The notes under the pieces were generated by a model. That model made no database searches. It was not told where the DNA came from and was given only the letters and a program-made list of their open reading frames with translations. The position numbers and the translations under genes are program-made. A stretch of DNA of 58,359 nucleotides, taken from a virus (taxonomy: Duplodnaviria; Caudoviricetes). The stretch lies in the IMG/VR virus record IMGVR_UViG_3300017991_000124, positions 1 to 58,359 of that record; one strand, given 5' to 3'. Shown piece after piece: positions 36,482 to 44,626 of this stretch (within the stretch, counting starts at the first letter, position 1; each line of letters opens with the position of its first letter).

Positions 36482-39324
36482 ATCAGCGAGGGAATGCCCG
36501 CCACGAATCCAGGGTCAGGTAATCCGGTGATGCTTGACCCCGGAACCACCTGGGACAGGTACGTGGCCGGGCGACTGATCACCCGACAGCGGCAGTTGAA
36601 ACCCACCGGTGGGTAAATTGTCTGCCAGATGGGATCGTTCGCTAGGATCATCTTGCCGTTGGCCCCAAGGTGCGTCGGGCGGGTCCGCTTGTCGGCGACA
36701 GCCCGGTACTCCCACACCGGGAATGCACGGAGCACCGTCGGCTGCGTGGCGTTGGCCACCCGGCCGCCGTTGTACGTGTTGAGCACGTTTGTTCTGAATA
36801 CCGTCTCCACGTGCCCAGCCCCCAGCGTGCGCCCGTCGGCAGACGGGATCATGCCCGCCGATTTGAGGCGATCGGACATGAACTGCTGGAACGATCGGAG
36901 GTCCGCGCCGGCACCCACCTGCTTTGCGAGCTCGTCGTGGATCACGTCCAGCATCTGCTGGGCCTGCACCCCGGCCACGGTGAACGCCCGCCGCTTCAGG
37001 TCGGCGGTGAGCCGGTCGAACTGCGCCCTCGGCATCACGTCCTTGGCGCGGAACCACCGCATGGCCTCGGCGAACGGCATCAGCGAGAAGTCGCGCAGCC
37101 GGATCGGCGTGGTGCCCCGTTCGCGCGCGGCTGTGGCGAACTCCTCGTCTGCCTCCTCGGTGACGTCGGCGTTGGCGTCCAGCCAGCCGATCTCCATGGC
37201 GTGATCCAGAATGCCCAGCGCGCACGACTGCCGGGTGCGGCGCTCCAGCGGACGGGAGTAGGCGTTGAGGTCCAGATCCTCGGCCGCCCGGTTCACCGCG
37301 TTGTAGATGTCCAGCGGGCGGTCCAAGCCCTCCACCGCATCGGAGAAGGTCTCGGCCCAGCCCTTGGTCGCGCGCCACAGTTCGCGCTCGCCCCGGCGCA
37401 TGATCTGTTCGGGCGATCCGAACGCGGTGCGGGGCTGTTCGTGGTCGGGACCGCAGCACACGGCGTGCGCATCGCGGTGGGCCCGAATCCGTTCGTCGGC
37501 CGCCGTGCACCGCTGGCTGGCGATGGCCATCAGGGAGGCTGCGATCTCCTCTGACTCCACCTCGGGGGGCGGCGTCAGCGCGGGCTCATCCGGGGTTGGC
37601 GCTTGCGGTGCTGCGGGTTTCGGTTGCGCGCCTTCGGCCGGTGCCTTGAGCATGGCCTCGAACTGGTAGATGGTCAGGTTACCGTTGGGATCGTCGGTGC
37701 CGTCCGGCAGTTTCAGCGGTCCCAGCCCCTGGCCGGCGCGTGCCTCGTTGACCGTCACATACTTCGAGGCGTCGGAGATGGACACCACCACACCGCTGGG
37801 CTCCTCGATTTCCTCTTTGCCAACCCCCGTGCCCGCGACCGACGGGATCGGCTGCTGCTCGCCGGCCTCGGGCGACCTTCCGTGAGGATACACCTCGACC
37901 GGACGCGGAGGCGGCGGTTGCAGGCCCAGCGGCGGGGTCGGCGGCTGGTCGATCTTGATCACCGCCTCGTCCGGTTCGGGTTGCCGGAACCCGCTCACCT
38001 CGTAGGCCTCCGCACGCGCGATGGCCAGCCCGGCGTCCTCGGCAAGCTTCAGTCGCTCGAGCTCCTTGGACCGGTCGGCGGGCTTGTCGTACCGCAGCAC
38101 GAACCGCGGGGCGTAGCCCAACTCGGCGGCGGTGTAATTCACCTCGATGATCGCGTCGGTTACCTGGTCCTCGATCATCTCCGACAGCGCCCGGGCGTCC
38201 CGCTGTAGGATGCCGTACTGCTCGTCCTGCATCACCAGCGATTGCTTGGAGTTCATGCCGGCGTTGACCGGATCCGTGGTGCCGGTCTGCCCGAGCACCA
38301 GCTTGCTGATCTGGCGGTCCGCCTCGGCGATGACGTCGCTGTGCACCTGGCCCGCGTTCTGCCCCGGCTGCGTCAGGTTCAGGTGCGTGCCGCGCGGCAT
38401 GCGCACCGACTGCGATCCGCCGAGCGCGTCCACGGCCTCGTCCGCCGCCAGCAGGTCGTCGATGCTCGCGGTGCTCTCTTCTTCCACCTCCACCACGCGG
38501 AACGGCTTGCCGAACAGCTCCATCAGGATCATGCGCTCGCGCTGACCGAACCTCTTGAAGAACGACCAGATCATGCATCTCGGCCCCAGCCCGTCGCGCT
38601 CCTGGTAGTCGCAGAACAGGTGCGGGGTCCACTGCACGTACTTGCGCCACAGACGATCCCGCACCAGATCCTTCGCCGCCAGCGATTGCCCAACCTCGGG
38701 GAACCGCCCGGCCACCGTGTAGTCGTCGTCGGTAACCCGCAGCTCCCGGTAGGGGCCGTAGTGGATGCGCCGAGGGTGGATCCAATCCATCCGCCCCAGC
38801 AGCATGGTGACGGGCTTGATCTTCTTTCCCTCCACCGGGCGCACCGTGGGGATCCACTGCATCTCCATCACCGCGCGGTTGTCGAACATGCCCCACGCCA
38901 TGCGCGCCAGGGCCTCGCGGAAATTCGCCAGGTTGGCCAGTTGCTCCCGGGCGATCAGCGCGTAGGTGAACGCCTTGGCCTTGTCGATGCCGTAGCCCTC
39001 GGCCGGGTGCACCTCGTAGGGGAGCGACGCCGCGGCGCCGAACCGCTTCTGCAACACCGCCGCCAGGTGCGGGTCGGTGTCCACCGTCTCCCGGCAGATG
39101 TCGGTCATGGTCCGCATCACGCCCAGGTAGGATTGCCGCAGCGCCAACTCGATCACGTCCATGTTCACGGCGCGGCCGAACCGCTGCCGCGTGGCGAGCT
39201 GGGCGTTCTGCTGGGCCAAACGCGGGTTGCGCAGGGTGGATACCGGCGGGACGGGGGGCACCCGCTCGGGCGGGTTGGCCTGGGCCACGACCAGCGCGGA
39301 ATCACGGGGGGTGTAGCGCGGCAT
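36478..39324 (-). CDS. Portal (Mu gp29/DUF935-like) fused to Mu gpF-like minor head domain
   Basis: ELFGKPFR and ISKLVLGQTGT portal motifs; C-terminal RAFTVAG, DKRTRPTH, YPPVGFNCRC. Confidence 0.9.
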   Translation of the reverse strand: MPRYTPRDSALVVAQANPPERVPPVPPVSTLRNPRLAQQNAQLATRQRFGRAVNMDVIELALRQSYLGVMRTMTDICRETVDTDPHLAAVLQKRFGAAASLPYEVHPAEGYGIDKAKAFTYALIAREQLANLANFREALARMAWGMFDNRAVMEMQWIPTVRPVEGKKIKPVTMLLGRMDWIHPRRIHYGPYRELRVTDDDYTVAGRFPEVGQSLAAKDLVRDRLWRKYVQWTPHLFCDYQERDGLGPRCMIWSFFKRFGQRERMILMELFGKPFRVVEVEEESTASIDDLLAADEAVDALGGSQSVRMPRGTHLNLTQPGQNAGQVHSDVIAEADRQISKLVLGQTGTTDPVNAGMNSKQSLVMQDEQYGILQRDARALSEMIEDQVTDAIIEVNYTAAELGYAPRFVLRYDKPADRSKELERLKLAEDAGLAIARAEAYEVSGFRQPEPDEAVIKIDQPPTPPLGLQPPPPRPVEVYPHGRSPEAGEQQPIPSVAGTGVGKEEIEEPSGVVVSISDASKYVTVNEARAGQGLGPLKLPDGTDDPNGNLTIYQFEAMLKAPAEGAQPKPAAPQAPTPDEPALTPPPEVESEEIAASLMAIASQRCTAADERIRAHRDAHAVCCGPDHEQPRTAFGSPEQIMRRGERELWRATKGWAETFSDAVEGLDRPLDIYNAVNRAAEDLDLNAYSRPLERRTRQSCALGILDHAMEIGWLDANADVTEEADEEFATAARERGTTPIRLRDFSLMPFAEAMRWFRAKDVMPRAQFDRLTADLKRRAFTVAGVQAQQMLDVIHDELAKQVGAGADLRSFQQFMSDRLKSAGMIPSADGRTLGAGHVETVFRTNVLNTYNGGRVANATQPTVLRAFPVWEYRAVADKRTRPTHLGANGKMILANDPIWQTIYPPVGFNCRCRVISRPATYLSQVVPGSSITGLPDPGFVAGIPSLI

Positions 39325-39341
39325 CGGCGATCTCCTGTCCG

Positions 39342-39719
39342 CTAATCCTTCAACGCCCCCATCATCGCACCGCGCAGCCGATCGCGCAAGGTTCGCCGCG
39401 TGGCCGGGCGCTGGGCCACCGCCTGGCCGAGGTGCCGCGTTCCCTCGGCACGCGCCTTCCCTGCTGCGGCGGTCAACTGGCCGAGGATCTCCTTGACCTG
39501 CGCTGCCCACTGCACCAACCCGTCTAGGTTCGCCTGCACCTGTGGATTGCGCTCGGCCTCCGATTGGCAGGCCTCGACCCACTGATCGATCCACGCCGAC
39601 AACTGCTGGACGCTGGACGCCATCCCGTCCGCCCGCCCCGCGTGCAGGCCCGCCATGTAAAGCAGGTAGTCGCGGCCCTTCAACGTCAGCGTCTGCACCT
39701 CGGGGGTGGGTTTGTCCAC
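39342..39719 (-). CDS. Hypothetical helical protein
   Basis: AGGAGGAG SD before GTG 39719. Confidence 0.6.
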   Translation of the reverse strand: MDKPTPEVQTLTLKGRDYLLYMAGLHAGRADGMASSVQQLSAWIDQWVEACQSEAERNPQVQANLDGLVQWAAQVKEILGQLTAAAGKARAEGTRHLGQAVAQRPATRRTLRDRLRGAMMGALKD

Positions 39720-39732
39720 GATCTCCTCCTGA

Positions 39733-41391
39733 TCAGTAGGTGGACCAGTCGCGGGCGGCGAACCGGCGCTTGCCGGCGGTCGGCCTGGGATCCGTGCGGT
39801 GTACCCGGCGGGCACCCTCTCGGGCCAGCCACGAGCTCATAAGGTAGTCCCCGGTGTGATGGTGCGGCTGGTAGAACAGGCAATCGTCGATCCATGCCTG
39901 GACCTCCGAATGACAGCGCCCGGAATTGTCGCAGGGGATGATCCACATGCCCTGCTCGATCTCGGTGAACACCGACTCCACGCCGAACTCCTGGCTCTGC
40001 TTGTTGGCCCGGGTGGTGGTGTGCGCCTGGATCGTGAGGCCCTTGCGCGCCTGCTGGGCGAACTGTCGCAGGTAGGCCTGCGCCTGATTGGTCTCTACTC
40101 GCACGATGGAGCCAAACGCCTCGGCGATGCGCACCAGCCGGCGCACGATCTCCGGGCCTTCCCATCGCCCGCTTTCGATGTGCAGGATCTTCTTGCGCTG
40201 GTCCGGTCGCAGCTCGAGCGTGAAGAACACGGTCTTGTCGTTGGCGCGCCCCTGGCCGATGCCCAGGTCCAGCCCGGTGTACGTGGGGTTGGGGCCGCGA
40301 TATTCGCTGACCAGCGTCTGCCCCATGCCGTCCACCTTGCACTTCTCAATCCACCCGCGCTGGCATTTGCTGTCCTCGAGGGACATCGGTTCGCAGAGCA
40401 GCAGGCGCGCGAATTCGTGCGGGGTGTACTCCTCCCGCAGCGCGTCGACCCGGGCCCGGGGATAGATTTCGGGCCAGAGCGTGGTGACCTCCTCGGGGTC
40501 GGGGTCGTGCGCGCGCAGGCGATACCAATCGTGCAGCTTGCCGGTCCGGGTGCGCGCGGGCCGGAGGTGCGCGTCCAGCGCCTGCCGCAACCAGACCGCG
40601 TTGGCGTTCGAGGTGCGCACGAACCCGTAGATGTCCATGGTCAGCGTCGGCCAGCCGCGGGACTCCAACTCGTAGGTCAGATCCTCACGGTTCCACGGTG
40701 TGTTGGTCACCACGCAGCGCGACTTGTGCACGTCCAGCCGGGACAGGAACCGGGACTCGAACTGCTCGCGGAGCGCCGTGCGCTGCTCAGGGGTCGCGGA
40801 GTTCTGGTTGTTGATCAGGTCGTCGCAGACGATGTTAGTGATCCGCGCACCCTCGATCGTGGTCCCCACGCCAACCGCGTGCACCGATGGGTCACGGATG
40901 GCGGCGGGGCGGTCGATGGCGATCCGTTCCGTCGTCCACGCATCGCCCTCCCGAGGTGAACGGCGCAGTTTGGGGAACACCATGTGCAACGGACCGTTCA
41001 GCGAATCCTCGGTGATGTAGTCCTTGATCATGCCCAGGATCTTCTTGGCCTGCGCCTGGGTGTTGGACACGATCATGTTTCGCGCGGTGGCGTCGCGGCC
41101 GAGCAGCCAGAGCAGGAACGTGGCGGCGCTGAAGGTCTTACCGCTGTAAATCGGCTGGCGGATGACGCACCGCCGGTGGGCGTACATGAACGAGTAGAGC
41201 AGCGCCTGGTGCGGGGCGGTGGTCAGCGCCTGCTGCGTCTGCTCCTCCCTGATCACCAGTTCAAAGAAGGTTGTCAGCGACTCGCGCCCCTGCGCGTAGT
41301 GGTTACGGATCGCGCGTGTGATCAGCGCGGGGTCGGCGTCCAGCCCCTCCAGCGGGTTGACCGCGGCGGCTGGATCAACGGTGCGGGGCAT
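39733..41391 (-). CDS. terL: Terminase large subunit
   Basis: PIYSGKT Walker A, IVCDD Walker B, TNTPWN, GLDLG nuclease motif, HTGDYLMS. Confidence 0.92.
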   Translation of the reverse strand: MPRTVDPAAAVNPLEGLDADPALITRAIRNHYAQGRESLTTFFELVIREEQTQQALTTAPHQALLYSFMYAHRRCVIRQPIYSGKTFSAATFLLWLLGRDATARNMIVSNTQAQAKKILGMIKDYITEDSLNGPLHMVFPKLRRSPREGDAWTTERIAIDRPAAIRDPSVHAVGVGTTIEGARITNIVCDDLINNQNSATPEQRTALREQFESRFLSRLDVHKSRCVVTNTPWNREDLTYELESRGWPTLTMDIYGFVRTSNANAVWLRQALDAHLRPARTRTGKLHDWYRLRAHDPDPEEVTTLWPEIYPRARVDALREEYTPHEFARLLLCEPMSLEDSKCQRGWIEKCKVDGMGQTLVSEYRGPNPTYTGLDLGIGQGRANDKTVFFTLELRPDQRKKILHIESGRWEGPEIVRRLVRIAEAFGSIVRVETNQAQAYLRQFAQQARKGLTIQAHTTTRANKQSQEFGVESVFTEIEQGMWIIPCDNSGRCHSEVQAWIDDCLFYQPHHHTGDYLMSSWLAREGARRVHRTDPRPTAGKRRFAARDWSTY

Positions 41392-41425
41392 CGGATCTCC
41401 GGGGGGCGGTGTCAAGCATGATCCC

Positions 41426-41454
41426 CTTATACCCCGGGGCGGGGAGCGGGGCAA
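41426..41454 (-). promoter_or_regulatory. Promoter TTGCCC-N17-TATAAG upstream of terL
   Basis: 17-nt spacing directly after the recombinase stop codon. Confidence 0.5.
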
Positions 41455-42135
41455 CTAGGCGGCGGCGAGCATGCGCTGGATCTGGATGGCCTGGAAGGCG
41501 GTGCCGGTGCGGGTGCGGTGCCCGGCGGCGGTCAGGGCGCGGGCGATGGAGTTGGGGCAGAGGCCGTCCTCGTCGCGCAGCGCCCGGGCGGCGGCCACGG
41601 TGGCCTGCTCGTCGGCGTCGGGGGTCAGGGTGCCGTCCTCGGTGCGCCGGTATCCGTAGGGGGCGTGGCCGCCCGTGTAGCGCCCCTGCGCGCGCAGGTG
41701 CTGCATCGCTGCGGCGGTGCGCTCGCCGATCACCTCGCGCTCCCACTGCGACACGGAGGCCATGATGTGGAGCACCAGCCGGCCGACCGCCGAGCGCGTG
41801 TCGAACTGCTCGGACACCGACACCAGCGACCAGCGATCACCGGAGAAGTAGGTTTCCAGCAGGTGGCCGAGGTCGCGCACCGACCGCGTGAGCCGGTCCA
41901 GTTTCACCACCAGCAGGGCCTCGGCCTCGCCGTCCTTCAAGGCTGCCAGGGCGCGCTGCAACGCGGGGCGGTCCAGCGTCTTGGCCGATGCCCCGGCGTC
42001 CTCCTCGATGCACACGATCTCCAGGTCGTAGAGCTCGGCGTAGGCTTCGACCTTGGCGCGCTGGGCGTCCAGGGAGATGCCGTGCTCGGATTGCTTGTCG
42101 GTGCTTACTCGGATGTAGGCGATCGTGCGGGTCAT
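41455..42135 (-). CDS. Serine recombinase (resolvase family, 226 aa)
   Basis: AYIRVSTDKQ, DRPALQ, KLDRLTRS, EREVIGERT, GGHAPYGY. Confidence 0.92.
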   Translation of the reverse strand: MTRTIAYIRVSTDKQSEHGISLDAQRAKVEAYAELYDLEIVCIEEDAGASAKTLDRPALQRALAALKDGEAEALLVVKLDRLTRSVRDLGHLLETYFSGDRWSLVSVSEQFDTRSAVGRLVLHIMASVSQWEREVIGERTAAAMQHLRAQGRYTGGHAPYGYRRTEDGTLTPDADEQATVAAARALRDEDGLCPNSIARALTAAGHRTRTGTAFQAIQIQRMLAAA

Positions 42136-42290
42136 CGGGATCCCTCCTCTGCTAGTTTGCGGGCCGCGCGCTCCAGTTCCGTCGCTCGGCGTACGAGGTC
42201 CGCCGCGTCCCGGTCCAACCGGCGGCGCCGGCCCTCGGCCATGCGCGCCTGCCACCGGGCGGCGGCGGGGCGCTTGGCGGCAACCTCCAT
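42132..42290 (-). CDS. Small Arg-rich hypothetical protein
   Basis: Fills gap; ATGA overlap with the recombinase. Confidence 0.4.
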   Translation of the reverse strand: MEVAAKRPAAARWQARMAEGRRRRLDRDAADLVRRATELERAARKLAEEGSR

Positions 42291-42292
42291 CG

Positions 42293-42685
42293 TTAGAACG
42301 TCCCTTCTTCGATCGGCTCCCCGTCGTGGCGCAGCACACTGTACTTGCAGGTGCCGGCGTAGTCCCGCACGTAGGGCCACGCATCGATGGCGGCGGCGTG
42401 GAAGTCGTCGCAGTCGTCGTGCACATCCACCTCGTAGTCGGTCGTGCCGTTGGTCATCGCCAGCGTGCAGACCTCGGTGAGCCCCGCGATGAACTCGCGG
42501 CGCAGGTGCGCCATGTAGTCCTCGCGGTCCATGATGTCGGGGTGCGGCGTTTCCACCTCGCCGTCCTCCCAGTCGTCGGCGTACATCTCGAACGTCGGCC
42601 GCATCTCGTCGGCCAGCGCCTCGAATGACTCCGTGTCGAACGGCCCGCAGTCCCCGTATTCATCGTTGTTGTTGTAGACTCTCAT
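42293..42685 (-). CDS. Highly acidic small protein (alternative start 42715)
   Basis: About a quarter D/E; GGAGG SD. Confidence 0.65.
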   Translation of the reverse strand: MRVYNNNDEYGDCGPFDTESFEALADEMRPTFEMYADDWEDGEVETPHPDIMDREDYMAHLRREFIAGLTEVCTLAMTNGTTDYEVDVHDDCDDFHAAAIDAWPYVRDYAGTCKYSVLRHDGEPIEEGTF

Positions 42686-42989
42686 CGTACCCTCCGTGTG
42701 TTGCGTCGCGTCCATGCCCCAATATAATGCAATCGCCGTGCCGGGATCCAGCCCCGCGTTGCCCCCGTTCGCCCCCGCAATCGGCCCGATCTGGCCCGTG
42801 ATTCCACCGTGCCTGCATTAGCGATGTGTTGCACTTCTGCAATGCGACATCTTTGTCATACCAGCGAAACGCCCGTAACCGTGCGGGATCCCGCCTGGAT
42901 TGCCGGGAAGTTATGCTATGACATGAATGTCCGGGCATTCCTGTCACTCCGTAAGTGTGCGGAACGACGGCGCAATCGGCGCCAACGAA

Positions 42990-44327
42990 TTACACTGCGA
43001 CATCTGGATCAGGTGGAATTGCCGCTTGCAGTTCCGACCAGGTGGCACGCTCCTCGCCGCGCTCCCGCACCGGATCCTGCCCCGTGTGCTCGGCCCAGCG
43101 AGCCACGCAGACGTCGCAGTATGCGGGGTCGATCTCCATCGCGTAGCAGCGGCGCCCCAAGTTCTCGGCGGCGATCAGCGCCGTGCCAGACCCGGCAAAC
43201 GGATCACAGATGATCTCCCCTTCGCGGCTACTGTTTCCCATCGCGCGTTCGTACAACCCGACGGGCTTCATCGTGGGGTGCAGTTTCGACTGATGCGGGC
43301 GGTCGATCGCCCACAGCGACGTCTCACCAGTGCCGCCATAGAACCGATGCCCGGCGCCCTCGACCCATCCGTAGATGATCGGTTCGTGCTTGTAGTTGTA
43401 ATCCGCCCGACCCAGAACGTGGTTGTTCTTAGCCCAGATCAACATGTGCCGCAGCGGAAACCCAACTTGGATCAGCGTTTGCAGCAGCAGCAGCAGCAGT
43501 TCTCCACCTTGAGGTCCGGTCACGTAGTACCCGGCCCCCGGCTTGGCGAACTGACGCACCGCTCCAAATGCCTTGCGCCAGAAGGATTCCATCTCATCGG
43601 GAGATTGGTGGTCGCTCGCTATCGGTACCTGAATGCGGTTGGCCGGGGCAACCACATTCAGGTACCGATTCTTGTCCGCATAGCTCACGCCGTACGGTGG
43701 GTCGGTGACGAGCAGTTCGTATCGCTCCTGTTGGAACAGCGCGGTAAGCGATTGTGCATCGGCGCAGTCCCCGCACAGCAGCCAGTGGTCGCCGAGGGTC
43801 CACAGATCGCCCGGCTTGGTGATCGGTGTCGCTGGCGGGGCGCCGGGTGCCGTGTCTTGCCCCGGCTGCGCGGTCCGCAAAATCGCCTTGCGGTCGGAGT
43901 CGCTGTACCCGGTCAGGTCCATCTCCATCAGGCCGGTGTCTAGTTCCAGCAGCTCCTCGCGCAGCAACCCCCGGTCCACCTCCCCGAGCTCGGCGATGCG
44001 GTTGTCGGCCAGGCGGTCGGCGCGCTCGTCCTCCTCGGATGAGTAGTTTTGGTGATCGACGGGCACCTGCTGCAGCCCCAATTGTGCGGCCGCTTCACGA
44101 CGCGCGTGGCCGCGCACGATGTAGCCTGACTGGTTGCTGACGGTGATGGGGTAGCGCCAGCCGTGGTGGCGGATCAGTTTGGCGAGGGCGGCGATCTGGT
44201 CGGCGGGGTGCTGCTTGGCGTTGCGGGGGTAGGGGCGCAGGTTGTCCAGGGGGACGATCGCCGTGTGGGCGCAGTGCACGGGCACGCCGTCGGCGGTTGG
44301 GATCTGCTGTTGGTCGGGGTCGCTCAT
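42990..44327 (-). CDS. ParB-like N-domain fused to N6/N4 DNA methyltransferase
   Basis: LRPYPRNAK...RGHAR; TDPPYGV; HPTMKP; DPFAGSGT. Confidence 0.92.
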   Translation of the reverse strand: MSDPDQQQIPTADGVPVHCAHTAIVPLDNLRPYPRNAKQHPADQIAALAKLIRHHGWRYPITVSNQSGYIVRGHARREAAAQLGLQQVPVDHQNYSSEEDERADRLADNRIAELGEVDRGLLREELLELDTGLMEMDLTGYSDSDRKAILRTAQPGQDTAPGAPPATPITKPGDLWTLGDHWLLCGDCADAQSLTALFQQERYELLVTDPPYGVSYADKNRYLNVVAPANRIQVPIASDHQSPDEMESFWRKAFGAVRQFAKPGAGYYVTGPQGGELLLLLLQTLIQVGFPLRHMLIWAKNNHVLGRADYNYKHEPIIYGWVEGAGHRFYGGTGETSLWAIDRPHQSKLHPTMKPVGLYERAMGNSSREGEIICDPFAGSGTALIAAENLGRRCYAMEIDPAYCDVCVARWAEHTGQDPVRERGEERATWSELQAAIPPDPDVAV

Positions 44328-44626
44328 CGTAGTTGCTCCTCGGCCCCCGGCACCATGCCCGGGAGCAGGAATGTGGTGATGGTCTTGCGGTGTCGGTCGT
44401 AGCAGGCGACCGCGGGCACGTCGTCTGGTGGCAGTAGTACGAGGAATCGTCCGACGCGGTTGGAGGTGTCGTCGAGGTGGCGCGCGGAGTTGGACTGGAT
44501 CTGCCGGACGATGGTGTCGAGGTCGGCTGGTGTGAGGTCGAGGTCGAACCGCTCGAGTGCGCGCCGGATGGCGTGGGTCTGCTGGGCGTGGGCCTTGGGG
44601 CGGCGCTTGCGGGAGGTGCGGCTCAT
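44324..44626 (-). CDS. Hypothetical protein
   Basis: HAIRRALERF...YDRHRKTITTFL; ATGA overlaps. Confidence 0.6.
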   Translation of the reverse strand: MSRTSRKRRPKAHAQQTHAIRRALERFDLDLTPADLDTIVRQIQSNSARHLDDTSNRVGRFLVLLPPDDVPAVACYDRHRKTITTFLLPGMVPGAEEQLR

